A stretch of 64,000 nt of DNA from Nitrospirales bacterium (GCA_965223295.1 CBDCWC010000003.1:1879552-1943551); one strand, 5' to 3'; counted from the stretch's first letter, positions 1 through 11,776 are shown. Made by a program: numbers and translations. Notes: a model not told the origin generated them from the sequence alone.

Positions 1-1701
1 GTTCCGCGCATCGCCTTTATGAATAAAATGGACCGGGTGGGGGCAGATTTCTTTGCCAGTGTGCAGTCGTTGATTGATCGTCTTGGCGCAAAGCCTGTTC
101 CTGTGCAGTTGCCTTTTGGGAAAGAGGATGGTTTTAGGGGGGTCATTGATTTAGTCTCCATGAAGGCGCTCATTTTTGATGATGAAACTCTTGGTGCGGC
201 TTTCGTGACAGAAGAGGTCCCTGCAGATTATGTCGAGCAAGCCAACGAGTATCGCGAAAAAATGCTGGATGCTGTTGTGGAGTTTGATGAAGCGGTGATG
301 GAGCGTTATTTAGGTGGCGAGTCTCTGAGTGTTGATGAAATAAAGGGAGCTATTCGTCAGGGGACAATTGACCTGAAGATTACCCCAGTGCTTTGCGGGT
401 CCGCCTTTAAGAATAAGGGTGTTCAGCCGTTGTTGGATGCTGTTGTTGATTTTTTGCCTTCCCCTCTTGATCTTCCTCCTGTCCAGGGCGTTGATCCAGG
501 GGATGAGTCTCAGGTTACTCGAAAGGCTGATGCTGATGAGCCGTTTGCTGCTTTGGCCTTTAAAATTATGTCTGATCCATTTTCAGGGCAATTGACGTAT
601 TTTCGAGTCTATTCTGGCAAGCTGAGTGCTGGATCATATGTGTATAACGTTGGCAAGGGAAAGAAAGAGCGTGTTGGCCGGTTGCTGAAGATGCACGCCA
701 ATAAGCGAGAAGAGATTGGTGAGGTGTCGGCAGGTGATATTGCTGCGGCCGTTGGACTGAAGGATACAAGGACAGGGGATACTCTGTGCGATGAAAAGCA
801 TCCAATCTTGCTGGAAGTGATTAAGTTTCCTGAGCCGGTTATTTCTTTAGCGGTCGAACCTAAGACGAAGCAGGATTTGGATAAACTTGGATATTCTTTG
901 GAAAAGCTTGCTCAGGAAGATCCTTCATTTCAAGTGCAATCAGATGAAGAGACTGGCCAGACAATCATTTCTGGTATGGGAGAATTGCATTTGGAGATTA
1001 TTGTTGACCGGCTTCTTCGTGAATTTAAGGTTCAGGCAAACGTTGGAAAGCCTCAGGTTGCCTATCGTGAAACAATTCGTGGTACAGCCGAAGCCGAAGC
1101 GAAGTATGTAAAGCAAACTGGAGGGCGTGGGCAGTATGGTCATGTGTGGCTCCGTGTTGAGTCAGCAGAGCCTGGGACTGGCCTCGAGTTTATTAATAAG
1201 ATTGTCGGTGGTGCTGTCCCAAAAGAATTTATTGGTCCGGTTGAGAAGGGTGTAAAGGAAAGAATGGAAAGTGGGATTTTGGCTGGATATCCCATGAGAG
1301 ATCTTCGTGTTACCTTGTTCGATGGTTCTTTCCATGAAGTTGATTCCAGCGAGATGGCGTTTAAGATTGCAGGTTCTATGGCTTTGGTGAGTGCATGTCA
1401 GAAGGCCGACTTGGTCTTGCTGGAGCCTGTGATGAAGGTTGAAGTGTTAGTTCCTCAGGAATTTATGGGAGATATCATCGGGGATTTAAATGGCCGACGT
1501 GGGAAGATTCATGGAATGAAGGCGAGGGGTGGGTCTCAGGTCGTGGATGCGGCTGTCCCGCTAAGCGAAATGTTCGGGTATTCTACGGATTTGCGATCAA
1601 AGACTCAGGGGCGTGCGACGTATAGCATGGAATTTGAGTCGTATGAAGTGGTTCCTAAGTTGATGGCCCAGCAAATTATCAAAAAGAATCAAGGGGAATA
1701 A
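1..1701 (+). CDS. fusA: Elongation factor G (5'-truncated by the window edge)
   Basis: Open frame from base 1; NKMD G4 motif, [39 protein letters not shown]. Confidence 0.98.
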   Translation, partial: VPRIAFMNKMDRVGADFFASVQSLIDRLGAKPVPVQLPFGKEDGFRGVIDLVSMKALIFDDETLGAAFVTEEVPADYVEQANEYREKMLDAVVEFDEAVMERYLGGESLSVDEIKGAIRQGTIDLKITPVLCGSAFKNKGVQPLLDAVVDFLPSPLDLPPVQGVDPGDESQVTRKADADEPFAALAFKIMSDPFSGQLTYFRVYSGKLSAGSYVYNVGKGKKERVGRLLKMHANKREEIGEVSAGDIAAAVGLKDTRTGDTLCDEKHPILLEVIKFPEPVISLAVEPKTKQDLDKLGYSLEKLAQEDPSFQVQSDEETGQTIISGMGELHLEIIVDRLLREFKVQANVGKPQVAYRETIRGTAEAEAKYVKQTGGRGQYGHVWLRVESAEPGTGLEFINKIVGGAVPKEFIGPVEKGVKERMESGILAGYPMRDLRVTLFDGSFHEVDSSEMAFKIAGSMALVSACQKADLVLLEPVMKVEVLVPQEFMGDIIGDLNGRRGKIHGMKARGGSQVVDAAVPLSEMFGYSTDLRSKTQGRATYSMEFESYEVVPKLMAQQIIKKNQGE

Positions 1702-1759
1702 GGCCTCTCTGTATAAACTATTCTTTTATGGAATAACAGTGACTTGAGGAGGAAAGAGG

Positions 1760-2964
1760 ATGGCGAAGGCGAAATTTGAGCGGAAGAAGCCGCATTTAAA
1801 TGTGGGGACGATTGGGCATGTGGATCATGGCAAGACGACGCTCACCTCGGCGTTAACCAAAGTCATGGGGGATTTAGGGAAAGCCTCGTATGTGCCCTAT
1901 GACGACGTGGCCAAGGCGAGCGAGAGTCAAGGGCGGCGGGATCCCACCAAAATCCTCACGATTGCCATCTCGCATGTGGAGTATGAAACCGACAACCGGC
2001 ATTACGCGCATGTGGACTGTCCGGGGCATGCGGACTATGTCAAAAACATGATCACGGGGGCGGCGCAAATGGACGGGGCCATCTTGGTGGTCAGTGCGGC
2101 GGATGGGCCGATGCCGCAAACGCGGGAGCATATCCTCTTAGCGCGGCAAGTGGGGGTACCCTACATCGTCGTCTTCTTGAACAAAGCGGATAAGGTGGAA
2201 GACAAAGAATTGCTGGAGTTAGTGGAATTAGAAGTGCGGGAATTGCTCACCAAGTATGGCTTTCCCGGCGATGATGTGCCGGTGGTCATCGGATCAGCCA
2301 TCAAAGCCATCGAAGGCGACAGCAGCGACATTGGGATCGCCTCGATCACGAAGTTATTAGAGGCGGTGGATACGTACATTCCCACGCCCGAACGAGCCAT
2401 CGACAAGGCCTTTCTCATGCCAATAGAAGATGTATTTACCATCAGTGGCCGGGGGACGGTGGTCACAGGCCGAGTGGAGCGGGGCAAGGTCAAGGTGGGG
2501 GATGAAATTGAGATTGTGGGGTTACGGGCCACGCAGGCGACCATTGTCACAGGGGTGGAAATGTTCCGGAAGGTGTTAGATGATGGGCAAGCGGGCGATA
2601 ACATTGGGGCCTTGTTGCGGGGTACGAAGAAAGAGGACGTGGAGCGGGGGATGGTGTTGGCCAAGCCGAAGTCGATCACGCCGCATACGAAGTTCAAGGC
2701 GGAAGTGTATGTGTTGACGAAAGAAGAAGGGGCCGGCATACGCCGTTTTTCAATGGGTATCGCCCGCAGTTTTACTTCCGGACGACGGATGTGACGGGGG
2801 TGGTGCAGTTGAATGAAGGGGTGGAGATGGTGATGCCGGGGGATAACGTGTCGTTTGCGGGGGAGTTGATTGCGCCGATTGCGATGGAGCAGGGGGTGCG
2901 GTTTGCCGTGCGCGAAGGGGGCCGAACCGTGGGGGCCGGGGTTGTCACCGAAATTGTTGAGTAA
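1760..2964 (+). CDS. tuf: Elongation factor Tu, frameshifted by a missing G in the G-run at 2729-2732
   Basis: [24 protein letters not shown]; adding one G restores [26 protein letters not shown]...[17 protein letters not shown]-stop (TAA 2962-2964). Confidence 0.95.
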
Positions 2965-2997
2965 ATTCTATTAGGAAAGAGGAAAGGGTAGGTTTTT

Positions 2998-3309
2998 GTG
3001 GATCGAGACCGCAGAATTCGAATACGTTTAAAGGGGTTTGACTACCGTGTGCTTGATCAATCCGTTCGAGAGATTGTGGACACGGTCAGGCGTAGTGGAG
3101 CCCTAATAGCTGGCCCTGTTCCTTTGCCTACCCGAATAGAGAAGTATACTGTGCAACGTTCTACTCATGTTGACAAGAAGTCGCGTGAACAATTTGAAAT
3201 TCGTACCCATAAGCGTTTGTTGGATATTATGGAGCCGACTCCAGAAACTATGGACGCATTGATGAAGTTGAACTTAGCAGCTGGTGTTGATGTTGAAATA
3301 AAATTGTAA
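2998..3309 (+). CDS. rpsJ: 30S ribosomal protein S10
   Basis: [35 protein letters not shown]. Confidence 0.98.
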   Translation: MDRDRRIRIRLKGFDYRVLDQSVREIVDTVRRSGALIAGPVPLPTRIEKYTVQRSTHVDKKSREQFEIRTHKRLLDIMEPTPETMDALMKLNLAAGVDVEIKL

Positions 3310-3372
3310 GTTTTTAGTTAAGTTCGTGAAGGTGGGACATCATTATTGACGGAATTTTGAGTAGGAAAAAAT

Positions 3373-3990
3373 ATGATTAGCGGGCTAGTGGGTAGAAAAT
3401 TAGGAATGATACAGGTCTTTGATGAGGCAAGGCGTCTCGTCCCTGTTACCGTTGTGCAGGCGGGGCCTTGTGGGATTGTTCAGGTAAAAGAGAAGGGGCG
3501 TGATGGGTATGAGTCGGTTCAGGTTGGGTTTGAAGAAGTTCCTGAGCGAAAGCTGAATAAGCCAGAATTGGGGCATTTGCGGAAAGCGAATGATCGGCGT
3601 TGGAAGTACTTAAAAGAATTTCATGCGGATGGAAAAGTTGAGTTGGGTGCGCTGGTTACCGTAGATTTGTTCTCTAAGGGAGACCAGGTCAAGATACAGG
3701 GTGTTTCAAAGGGGAAGGGCTTTCAGGGTGTGATGAAGCGTCATAATTACGGAGGTGGACCGGCGACTCACGGATCGATGTTTCATCGAGCACCGGGCGC
3801 TGTCGGGCAGTGTTCCTATCCTTCTCGAGTGTTTAAGAACAAGACGTTGCCTGGGCAAATGGGAAGTAAGCGAATTACTGTAAAGGGGCTGAAGATTGTA
3901 GATGTTAGATCTGAGGAAAACATTTTGTTGGTTTCAGGCTCGATACCGGGTGCTAATGGTGCAATGGTTGTGATTAGGAAGGCTGGATAA
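3373..3990 (+). CDS. rplC: 50S ribosomal protein L3
   Basis: GRKLGMIQVF, SKGKGFQGVMKRH; operon position. Confidence 0.98.
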   Translation: MISGLVGRKLGMIQVFDEARRLVPVTVVQAGPCGIVQVKEKGRDGYESVQVGFEEVPERKLNKPELGHLRKANDRRWKYLKEFHADGKVELGALVTVDLFSKGDQVKIQGVSKGKGFQGVMKRHNYGGGPATHGSMFHRAPGAVGQCSYPSRVFKNKTLPGQMGSKRITVKGLKIVDVRSEENILLVSGSIPGANGAMVVIRKAG

Positions 3991-3999
3991 GGAATTCGT

Positions 4000-4620
4000 A
4001 TGGGTGCTTTGCCAGTATTAGGAGCTGATGGGCAGAAGATTGATTCTGTTGAGTTGAGCAACGAGGTCTTTGGCTCATCCATTAATGAAGTGCTGGTCCA
4101 TCGGGCAGTTGTGATGCAGAGAGCGTCTGCTCGTCAGGGTACGGCGTCAACGAAAGGTCGTGGGGAAGTCCGAGGGTCCGGGAAAAAGCCATGGAAGCAG
4201 AAGCATACTGGGAGAGCCAGGGCTGGTTCTGCTCGTTCTCCAATCTGGAGGCATGGTGGGATAGTGTTTGGGCCTACGCCAAGATCTTATGGATATCCTC
4301 TTCCTAAGAAGATGTATCGTTCTGCTTTAAAGGCAGCCTTGTCAGATAAGGCTGCCGCTGGGGGTGTCGTCGTCGTCGATTTATCTTTACCGGAAATGAA
4401 AACGAAAGCGTTGGTTCAAACGCTTTCCCGAGTAGGGGTGAGTGGGAAGGCCCTGTTGGTCGTGGAAGAAGGGGCCGTTGACCTGGTGAGGATTGGGAAA
4501 AACGTTCAGTGGTTAAAGGTTCTGCATGCAAAGGATTTGAATGTGTATGATCTTTTGTGGTGTGAGAAGCTCGTGGTGACTCGAGGAGAGTTGCAAAAAA
4601 TCCAGGAAATTTGGGTGTAA
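4000..4620 (+). CDS. rplD: 50S ribosomal protein L4
   Basis: RQGTASTKGRGEV, KPWKQKHTGRARAGS. Confidence 0.98.
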   Translation: MGALPVLGADGQKIDSVELSNEVFGSSINEVLVHRAVVMQRASARQGTASTKGRGEVRGSGKKPWKQKHTGRARAGSARSPIWRHGGIVFGPTPRSYGYPLPKKMYRSALKAALSDKAAAGGVVVVDLSLPEMKTKALVQTLSRVGVSGKALLVVEEGAVDLVRIGKNVQWLKVLHAKDLNVYDLLWCEKLVVTRGELQKIQEIWV

Positions 4621-4621
4621 T

Positions 4622-4909
4622 ATGAATCCACATGATGTCCTCATTCGACCATTATTAACGGAGAAAATTACAGCTATTCGCGAAATTAAGAATAGTGTGG
4701 CTTTTGCGGTCGACCGTCGAGCCACGCGCGTTGACGTTCGACATGCAGTGGAAAAAGTATTTAGCGTTAAGGTGGCTTCGGTGAATGTCATCAACGTGAG
4801 AGGGAAGAAAAAGCGTCAGGGGCGGTATTTGGGTAAGAGGGCAGATTGGCGAAAAGCGTTGGTTACATTAAAAGAAGGTGAAAAAATTGAATTGTACGAA
4901 AGTGCGTAG
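4622..4909 (+). CDS. rplW: 50S ribosomal protein L23
   Basis: RPLLTEK, WRKALVTL; operon position. Confidence 0.97.
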   Translation: MNPHDVLIRPLLTEKITAIREIKNSVAFAVDRRATRVDVRHAVEKVFSVKVASVNVINVRGKKKRQGRYLGKRADWRKALVTLKEGEKIELYESA

Positions 4910-4968
4910 TAAAGAAATCAGCTTGTCATTTCAAGTTAATGCCTATTTTTTAGGAAAGTCGTTAAGTC

Positions 4969-5808
4969 ATGCCAATTAAGGAATATAACCCGACATCGCC
5001 AGGTCGACGTGGAATGTCGGCAGTGACAAAAGAAGGATTGGCCCCGAATCAGCCTGCAAAAAGTCTAACAAAAACCATTTCTCCATCTGGTGGGAGGAAC
5101 AATGCGGGTCGAATAACGGTTCGTTTCCGAGGCGGTGGGCATAAGCGCCGTTACCGAAAAATTGATTTTAAGAGAGATAAGGTTGGCGTCCCTGCCAAGG
5201 TGGCTCGCATTGAATATGATCCGAATCGGACAGCTCGTATTGCCCTGTTGCATTATTCTGATGGAGAAAAGCGATATATTCTGGCTCCTCAAGGGCTAGC
5301 GGTTGGTGATGCTGTCAGGTCAGGTTCTCAAAGTGAAGTGAAGGCGGGCAATGCTCTTCCTCTTATGGAAATGCCTTTGGGTGTGGTGATCCATAATATT
5401 GAATTAAAGCCAGGTAAGGGGGCGCAGTTAGCCAGAAGTGCCGGGGTTTCCGCGCAGGTTATGGGCAGAGATCAAGGTTATGTTCAGGTGCGTTTGGCTT
5501 CTGGAGAAATGCGAAAAATTTTAGGAACCTGTATGGCCACAGTCGGTCAGGTCGGGAATTCTGATCATAATAATGTGACCGTGGGAAAAGCCGGGCGTTC
5601 CCGTTGGTTAGGCAGGAAGCCTCATGTGCGCGGGGTGGTCATGAATCCGGTTGATCATCCACATGGCGGGGGTGAAGGAAAGGCTGGTGCGGGCAATCCT
5701 CATCCGGTTTCTCCGTGGGGGCAACCTGCAAAGGGTTTTAAAACCCGTAAGCCAAGAAATCAAAGTACACGTTATATCATTGCGAGTCGCAAGAAAAAGT
5801 CTCGATAG
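4969..5808 (+). CDS. rplB: 50S ribosomal protein L2
   Basis: [35 protein letters not shown]. Confidence 0.98.
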   Translation: MPIKEYNPTSPGRRGMSAVTKEGLAPNQPAKSLTKTISPSGGRNNAGRITVRFRGGGHKRRYRKIDFKRDKVGVPAKVARIEYDPNRTARIALLHYSDGEKRYILAPQGLAVGDAVRSGSQSEVKAGNALPLMEMPLGVVIHNIELKPGKGAQLARSAGVSAQVMGRDQGYVQVRLASGEMRKILGTCMATVGQVGNSDHNNVTVGKAGRSRWLGRKPHVRGVVMNPVDHPHGGGEGKAGAGNPHPVSPWGQPAKGFKTRKPRNQSTRYIIASRKKKSR

Positions 5809-5822
5809 ATTGAGGGGGAACG

Positions 5823-6110
5823 ATGCCTAGGTCAGTTCATAAGGGTCCATTTGTTGACGAACATCTTCTCAAAAAAATTGAGAAGGCAAGGGACTCGAGA
5901 GAGTCCAGGGTCATTAAAACATGGTCTCGTCGTTCCACGATTACCCCCGATATGATTGGTCTGACCTTTGCTGTGCATAATGGGAAAAAGTTTATTCCGG
6001 TGTTTATTACGGACAATATGGTTGGGCATAAACTTGGAGAGTTTTCTCCCACCCGGTTGTTTAAAGGGCATAGTGCGGCAAAGAGCGAAAAGGGTGTGGC
6101 GCTTAAGTAA
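5823..6110 (+). CDS. rpsS: 30S ribosomal protein S19
   Basis: [22 protein letters not shown]. Confidence 0.98.
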   Translation: MPRSVHKGPFVDEHLLKKIEKARDSRESRVIKTWSRRSTITPDMIGLTFAVHNGKKFIPVFITDNMVGHKLGEFSPTRLFKGHSAAKSEKGVALK

Positions 6111-6164
6111 GTCGTTCGTGGCTCAGGTGTTTCTTATCATGAATTTTGAAGAGTAGAGATTGAT

Positions 6165-6503
6165 ATGGCTGAAGCAAAAGCAATTCTGCGTAATGTAAGA
6201 TTGGCTCCACGGAAGGCGAGGTTAGTCGTGGATATGGTAAGGGGTCGTAATGCGGCAGAAGCCTTAACCCTTCTCAAATTTACGCCACGTTCTGCAGCGA
6301 GAGTTGTTGAGCAGTTGCTATCTTCTGCGGTGGCCAATGCAGGGCAAAAGGATTTAGGGGAGCCTGAGGGCTTGAAGGTCTCAACCGCTTATGTTGATGG
6401 TGGGCCAGTTCTCAAAAGATTTCAACCGCGTTCAATGGGAAGAGCCAGTCCCATTAAAAAGCGGACAAGCCATATTACCATTGTGGTCAGTCCGGTGAGT
6501 TAA
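6165..6503 (+). CDS. rplV: 50S ribosomal protein L22
   Basis: PRKARLVVD, SAVANA, KRTSHITIVV. Confidence 0.98.
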   Translation: MAEAKAILRNVRLAPRKARLVVDMVRGRNAAEALTLLKFTPRSAARVVEQLLSSAVANAGQKDLGEPEGLKVSTAYVDGGPVLKRFQPRSMGRASPIKKRTSHITIVVSPVS

Positions 6504-6554
6504 AAGAGCTGTCAGTGGTAGTTGTAAATGAGAGTTAGGTAAGGAGAACGATTC

Positions 6555-7220
6555 ATGGGTCAAAAGACGCACCCCTATGGCTTCCGGTTAGGGTACACCC
6601 GCACATGGAGGTCAAGGTGGTATGCTAAGAAAGATTATGCCACGTTGCTTCATCAAGATTTGTCGATTCGGACCTTGGTGAAAAAGCGGCTCTATCATGC
6701 CGGAATATCCAGTGTGGAAATTGAGCGGTCTGGTAATCAATTGAAATTGATTATTCATACAGCTCGTCCTGGAATCATTATTGGGCGAAAAGGCGCCGAG
6801 GTTGATAAATTGAAGGCTTCCTTGGAAAAAGATTATGGCAATGAAGTCTTTGTGACGGTGAAAGAAATAAAAAAGCCAGAAATCGATGCGCAATTAGTCG
6901 CTGAAAATATCGCCACTCAGTTGGAAAAGCGCGTGTCCTTTCGTCGTGCATTGAAGCGTAGTGTAGCTTCGGCACTTCGTCTCGGGGCATTAGGGATTAA
7001 GGTGTACTGTGCTGGTCGGCTAGGCGGGCACGAGATCGCCAGGACGGAATGGTATCGTGAGGGGCGAGTGCCTCTGCATACCCTCCGAGCTGATGTCGAG
7101 TATGGTTTTGCTGAGGCTAAAACGGCAATGGGTCAGATAGGGGTCAAAGCCTGGATCTTTAAAGGGGATGCACAGATTCCTTCGTTAGAAAAATCCGAAC
7201 CGTCCTTAGGGTTTTTATAA
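6555..7220 (+). CDS. rpsC: 30S ribosomal protein S3
   Basis: [24 protein letters not shown]. Confidence 0.98.
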   Translation: MGQKTHPYGFRLGYTRTWRSRWYAKKDYATLLHQDLSIRTLVKKRLYHAGISSVEIERSGNQLKLIIHTARPGIIIGRKGAEVDKLKASLEKDYGNEVFVTVKEIKKPEIDAQLVAENIATQLEKRVSFRRALKRSVASALRLGALGIKVYCAGRLGGHEIARTEWYREGRVPLHTLRADVEYGFAEAKTAMGQIGVKAWIFKGDAQIPSLEKSEPSLGFL

Positions 7221-7254
7221 GAAATTTTTATTTTGGTATTGGAGAATTGGCAGA

Positions 7255-7677
7255 ATGTTAGCGCCAAAACGTATAAAGTTTCGTAAGGTTCAAAAGGGCC
7301 GTATGAGAGGGAAGGCTTACCGTGGTGGAGAAGTCTCTCATGGACAATTTGGTCTTAAGGCAATGGAACCAGGGCGGATCACGGCCAGGCAAATTGAGGC
7401 AGCTCGTATTGCCATGACTCGTCATGTCAAGCGCGGCGGAAGAATTTGGACCAGAATATTCCCAGATAAACCGATTACCAAAAAACCAGCAGAAGTAAGA
7501 ATGGGTAAGGGAAAAGGGAATCCTGAATACTGGGCAGCCGTCGTAAAGTCAGGGCGAATTTTATTTGAGATGGATGATGTCTCTCAAGCCGTAGCAGAGG
7601 AAGCGTTCCGATTAGCTGGTCATAAGCTTCCTGTTTTAACGAAATTTGTCGTTCGTGGTGAGATTCCGGTTTTATAG
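7255..7677 (+). CDS. rplP: 50S ribosomal protein L16
   Basis: [16 protein letters not shown]. Confidence 0.98.
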   Translation: MLAPKRIKFRKVQKGRMRGKAYRGGEVSHGQFGLKAMEPGRITARQIEAARIAMTRHVKRGGRIWTRIFPDKPITKKPAEVRMGKGKGNPEYWAAVVKSGRILFEMDDVSQAVAEEAFRLAGHKLPVLTKFVVRGEIPVL

Positions 7678-7695
7678 GTTTAAGGGACATGTTCC

Positions 7696-7884
7696 ATGCA
7701 AATTGATGAATTAGAAGGATTAGAAAAATCTGAATTAGTGGAAAAAGTTAATCAATTAAAACAGGAGCTTTTTCACTTCCGTTCACAGTTGGCTATGGGC
7801 CGAATCGAAAATCCCATGAAAATACGAGAAACGAAGCGAAATATTGCGCGGGTTCATACGATCCTTCGTCAAAAAAATACCTAA
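7696..7884 (+). CDS. rpmC: 50S ribosomal protein L29
   Basis: LKQELFHFR, KRNIARVHT; operon position. Confidence 0.95.
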   Translation: MQIDELEGLEKSELVEKVNQLKQELFHFRSQLAMGRIENPMKIRETKRNIARVHTILRQKNT

Positions 7885-7912
7885 AAATGTTTTTCCTGAA
7901 AGTTAGAAATTT

Positions 7913-8167
7913 ATGACACAAATCCGATCAGCCCCTCGTGCGCTCACAGGCAAAGTTGTGAGTAATAAAATGCAGAAGACCGTTGTTGTGGAAGTGACAC
8001 GAATTGAGCGTCATGCTCTTTATGGAAAAGTGATCCGGCGTAAGAGCAAGATGAAGGCACACGATGAGAAAAGTGAATGCAAGATGGGCGATCAAGTGAA
8101 AATTGTTTATTCTCGCCCGCTCAGCAAAGACAAGCATTGGCGTGTCGCTGAAGTCTGTGGAAAATGA
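7913..8167 (+). CDS. rpsQ: 30S ribosomal protein S17
   Basis: [23 protein letters not shown]. Confidence 0.97.
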   Translation: MTQIRSAPRALTGKVVSNKMQKTVVVEVTRIERHALYGKVIRRKSKMKAHDEKSECKMGDQVKIVYSRPLSKDKHWRVAEVCGK

Positions 8168-8226
8168 CTTTTCAGTCTACGCATAAAAGAAGGTATTCTT
8201 CGCGGTTATTTTTTTAGAGCTGAATC

Positions 8227-8595
8227 ATGATTCAAAATTACACCTATCTTGACGTTGCAGATAATTCTGGTGCTAAAAGCGTGCGTTGTTTTCATGTGTT
8301 GGGCGGGACCAGAAGGCGTTACGGCTCCTTGGGCGATCTCATTGTTGTTTCGGTGAGAGAAGCTATTCCAAGAGCATCAGTGAAAAAAGGCGATGTGATG
8401 AAGGCCGTTATCGTCCGAACGAAAAAGGGGTCTCGGCGCGAGGATGGATCGCATATTAAATTTGATCGAAATGCCTGTGTATTGGTCAATGCTCAAGGCG
8501 ACCCTGTGGGTACTCGCATTTTCGGGCCAGTCGCAAGAGAGCTTCGAAAGAAGAAGTATATGAAAATTATTTCTCTGGCTCCTGAGGTTATTTAG
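8227..8595 (+). CDS. rplN: 50S ribosomal protein L14
   Basis: [28 protein letters not shown]. Confidence 0.98.
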   Translation: MIQNYTYLDVADNSGAKSVRCFHVLGGTRRRYGSLGDLIVVSVREAIPRASVKKGDVMKAVIVRTKKGSRREDGSHIKFDRNACVLVNAQGDPVGTRIFGPVARELRKKKYMKIISLAPEVI

Positions 8596-8598
8596 ATT

Positions 8599-8937
8599 AT
8601 GATGCCAGCTAGAAAAAGTCGAATAAAAAAAGGCGATACGGTAGTAGTGATTGCCGGTAAAGAGCGTGGCAAAACCGGGAAAGTCTTGCAGGTGATTACC
8701 AAGGGTGGTCGTGTCACGGTTGAAAAGCTTAATTTAATTAAGCGTCATACAAAGCCTAATGCCAAAAATAAACAAGGCGGGATTCTGGAACGGGAAGGGC
8801 CAATCGCCATTTCCAATGTCATGGCCTATTGTGAATCTGTGCAAAAGCCATCTCGTATCAAGATGAAGACGTTCGATGATGGACGGAAAATGAGGGTGTA
8901 TCAAAAAGCCCCAACTGAAGTATTGGATAAAAGCTAA
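8599..8937 (+). CDS. rplX: 50S ribosomal protein L24
   Basis: KOW motif [21 protein letters not shown]. Confidence 0.97.
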   Translation: MMPARKSRIKKGDTVVVIAGKERGKTGKVLQVITKGGRVTVEKLNLIKRHTKPNAKNKQGGILEREGPIAISNVMAYCESVQKPSRIKMKTFDDGRKMRVYQKAPTEVLDKS

Positions 8938-9569
8938 TGCCATCTCAAGCCTCCAAAAAAGAAGTATCGAAAGCTAAAGGTAAGGAGTCAGCCACCAAGA
9001 CTGAGACTGCGGCTCCGCCAAATTATGAGCCTCGTCTAAAGGTGATGTTTCGGGAAAAAGTTCTTCCGGCCATGATGAAAGAGTTTGGGTATCGTAATCC
9101 TATGCAAGTTCCACGAATTGAACGGATTGTCTTAAATGTCGGGATGGGCGAAGCCGTTCAAAATGTGAAATTGTTGGAAAGTGCTGCTTCAGAGTTAGAG
9201 CAAATTACCGGACAGAAGCCAGTGCTCACAAGAGCGAAAAAAGCCATTGCTGGCTTTAAGCTTCGCGAAGGAGTGCCTATTGGTGTCAAGGTCACGTTGC
9301 GTGGCGCTCGGATGCATGAGTTTATGGATAGGTTGGTTGCTGTGGCGTTGCCACGTATTCGAGACTTTCGGGGTATCTCCCCTAAGGCGTTTGATGGTCG
9401 TGGTAATTACACGTTGGGCTTAAAAGAGCAGTTGACGTTTCCAGAAATTAAATACGATGACATCGCATCTATCCATGGGATGGATATTACGTTTGTAACT
9501 TCAGCCAAACGTAATGATGAAGCCAAAGCATTATTGGCTCACTTAGGGATGCCGTTTCGAGCATCCTAG
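8937..9569 (+). CDS. rplE: 50S ribosomal protein L5 with a ~30-aa N-terminal extension
   Basis: [32 protein letters not shown]. Confidence 0.98.
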   Translation: MPSQASKKEVSKAKGKESATKTETAAPPNYEPRLKVMFREKVLPAMMKEFGYRNPMQVPRIERIVLNVGMGEAVQNVKLLESAASELEQITGQKPVLTRAKKAIAGFKLREGVPIGVKVTLRGARMHEFMDRLVAVALPRIRDFRGISPKAFDGRGNYTLGLKEQLTFPEIKYDDIASIHGMDITFVTSAKRNDEAKALLAHLGMPFRAS

Positions 9570-9586
9570 AAGGGGAAGGCGTAGTT

Positions 9587-9772
9587 GTGTCAAGGTTAGC
9601 ACTAAAGAATAAAGCAAAACGGGAGCCTAAATTTCCTTGCCGTCAATATAATCGATGCCCCTGTTGTGGGCGTGTCAGGGGATTCTTGCGGAGATTCCGT
9701 ATGTGTCGTATCTGTTTCCGTTTTCTGAGTTTGCGCGGCGATATCCCTGGTGTGACCAAATCAAGTTGGTAA
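9587..9772 (+). CDS. rpsN: 30S ribosomal protein S14, zinc-binding (type Z)
   Basis: 61 aa, CxxC...[12 protein letters not shown]. Confidence 0.97.
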   Translation: MSRLALKNKAKREPKFPCRQYNRCPCCGRVRGFLRRFRMCRICFRFLSLRGDIPGVTKSSW

Positions 9773-9827
9773 GGCGAAAGACTAATTTTTTTGATGTGAG
9801 AAGTGTTTTCAAGCGAGGCGTTGAATC

Positions 9828-10232
9828 ATGTCGATGACTGATCCGATTTCAGATTTATTTGTCCGCATTCAAAATGCCGGACGGCGTGGCCATGAATTGG
9901 TCAAGATCCCTGCCTCGAGGGTGAAGGGAGAAATCCTCCGAATTTTGAAAGATGAAGGATTCATTCGAGATTATGAGTCTATCAGCACGGAAGCTCATCC
10001 AACACTACTGGTGTCATTGCGCTACTTTCCAGGTCGTCAAAAACAGTCCTTTATTACAGGCATGAAGCGAATAAGCAAGCCCGGTTGTCGAGTGTTTGCT
10101 GGGAAGAATGAAATACCAAGAGTGATGAAAGGTTTGGGTGTGGCTATACTCACCACTGATCGCGGGCTATTAACAGATGAGCAATGTCGCACGATGAAAG
10201 TTGGTGGTGAAATTGTCTGCCATGTCTGGTAA
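9828..10232 (+). CDS. rpsH: 30S ribosomal protein S8
   Basis: MTDPISD, RISKPGCRV, VGGEIVCHVW. Confidence 0.98.
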   Translation: MSMTDPISDLFVRIQNAGRRGHELVKIPASRVKGEILRILKDEGFIRDYESISTEAHPTLLVSLRYFPGRQKQSFITGMKRISKPGCRVFAGKNEIPRVMKGLGVAILTTDRGLLTDEQCRTMKVGGEIVCHVW

Positions 10233-10282
10233 ATCATGTGCCTTCATAATCATTCTTTTTATGGGAAGTAAATAGGATTACA

Positions 10283-10822
10283 ATGTCGAGAATTGGAAGA
10301 AAGCCGATACCAATCCCATCTGGAGTAGAAGTGAAGGTGAATAATGCCCAAGTGATAGTGAAGGGCCCGCTCGGCCAACTCGAATGGTCGTTAGCTCCTG
10401 GAATTCAAGCTCAGGTTGAAAATGATGTGGTCTCTGTATCCCGCGAAGGGGATTCGGTGAAGCTGAAAGCTATGCATGGTTTAACCAGAGCAGAAATCGC
10501 CAATCTTATTGCTGGGGTGAAGGAAGGGTATAAGAGGGACCTGGAAGTGATGGGAGTTGGATATCGCGCGCAGGTTCAGGGTGATTCGTTGAGTTTTACT
10601 TTGGGGTATGCCCATCCAGTTTCCTTAAAGTTGCCTAAGGGGGTTGACGCGTCTGTTGATAAGCAAACGCTGATTTCGCTTAAAGGAATCGATAAGCGCG
10701 CGGTATCACAGATTGCTGCGCAAATTAGAGAGTTGAAAATTCCAGATGTGTATAAGCATAAAGGTATTAAATATGACGGTGAAGTTTTATTGAAGAAGGC
10801 TGGCAAGGCTGGGAAGAAATAG
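10283..10822 (+). CDS. rplF: 50S ribosomal protein L6
   Basis: MSRIGRKPI, GVGYRA, YKHKGIKY. Confidence 0.98.
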   Translation: MSRIGRKPIPIPSGVEVKVNNAQVIVKGPLGQLEWSLAPGIQAQVENDVVSVSREGDSVKLKAMHGLTRAEIANLIAGVKEGYKRDLEVMGVGYRAQVQGDSLSFTLGYAHPVSLKLPKGVDASVDKQTLISLKGIDKRAVSQIAAQIRELKIPDVYKHKGIKYDGEVLLKKAGKAGKK

Positions 10823-10831
10823 GGTGCAGTT

Positions 10832-11197
10832 GTGAATATTTTGGAAAAACGTAAGAAACTTGGGAAACGAAGCCGTCGGGTTCGCCTTCGTATTGTGGGT
10901 TTGTCGACGCGCCCGAGATTGAGTGTGTTTCGAAGTAATTCTCATATCTATGCTCAGATCATTGACGATGTGGATGGAAAAACCATTGTTTCTGCTTCAT
11001 CCTGTGACCCTGGATTGAAAGATCGTATCAAGTCAGGAGGAAACGTTGAAGCGGCAAAGATCGTTGGTGAAACAATTGCGGAGCGTGCGAAAGCCATACC
11101 AGTAGAGTTGGTTGTGTTTGATCGTGGTGGAAGGTTGTATCACGGCAGGGTTAAGGCTTTGGCTGAGGCGGCTCGGTCGGCTGGCTTAAAATTCTAA
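10832..11197 (+). CDS. rplR: 50S ribosomal protein L18
   Basis: [27 protein letters not shown]. Confidence 0.98.
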   Translation: MNILEKRKKLGKRSRRVRLRIVGLSTRPRLSVFRSNSHIYAQIIDDVDGKTIVSASSCDPGLKDRIKSGGNVEAAKIVGETIAERAKAIPVELVVFDRGGRLYHGRVKALAEAARSAGLKF

Positions 11198-11241
11198 TGG
11201 GCTTGTTCTCAAAAATTTGAGGAAGGGAAGGATTCACGCCT

Positions 11242-11736
11242 GTGAGGGTCAATGTTGAAGAGCTTAATTTGAAAGATAAGCCAGTGGTGATTAATCGCGT
11301 GGCGAAAGTCGTCAAAGGCGGGAAGCGATTTTCTTTCTCGGCCCTCGTTGTCGTTGGTGACGGAGAAGGGTGGGTGGGTGTTGGAAAAGGCAAGGCAGCC
11401 GAAGTCCCATCAGCGATTGCAAAAGCTGTGGAACATGCAAAAAAAAATCTCATACGCATTCCTTTGAAATCTAATTCAATCCCTCATGAAGTGCATGGAT
11501 ACTTTGGAGGAGAACATATCTTACTGAAGCCTGCCAAGCAGGGGACTGGAATTATTGCTGGTGGGGCTGTGAGGTCACTGTTAGAGGTTGCAGGGACACA
11601 GAATGTTGTGGCCAAGACTTTGGGACGTGGCAATCCATTTAATGCCGTACGTGCTACGATTCAAGGTCTCCGGCAGCTCAGAGATCCTCAGGAAGTGCGG
11701 GCTATGAGGCAAGCTCCTATCAATGCTGATGAATAA
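11242..11736 (+). CDS. rpsE: 30S ribosomal protein S5
   Basis: INRVAKVVKGGKRFSFSALVVVGD. Confidence 0.98.
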   Translation: MRVNVEELNLKDKPVVINRVAKVVKGGKRFSFSALVVVGDGEGWVGVGKGKAAEVPSAIAKAVEHAKKNLIRIPLKSNSIPHEVHGYFGGEHILLKPAKQGTGIIAGGAVRSLLEVAGTQNVVAKTLGRGNPFNAVRATIQGLRQLRDPQEVRAMRQAPINADE

Positions 11737-11776
11737 ATTTATTGCTCTCTAGGCGTGAGGTAAACGAGATAATACT

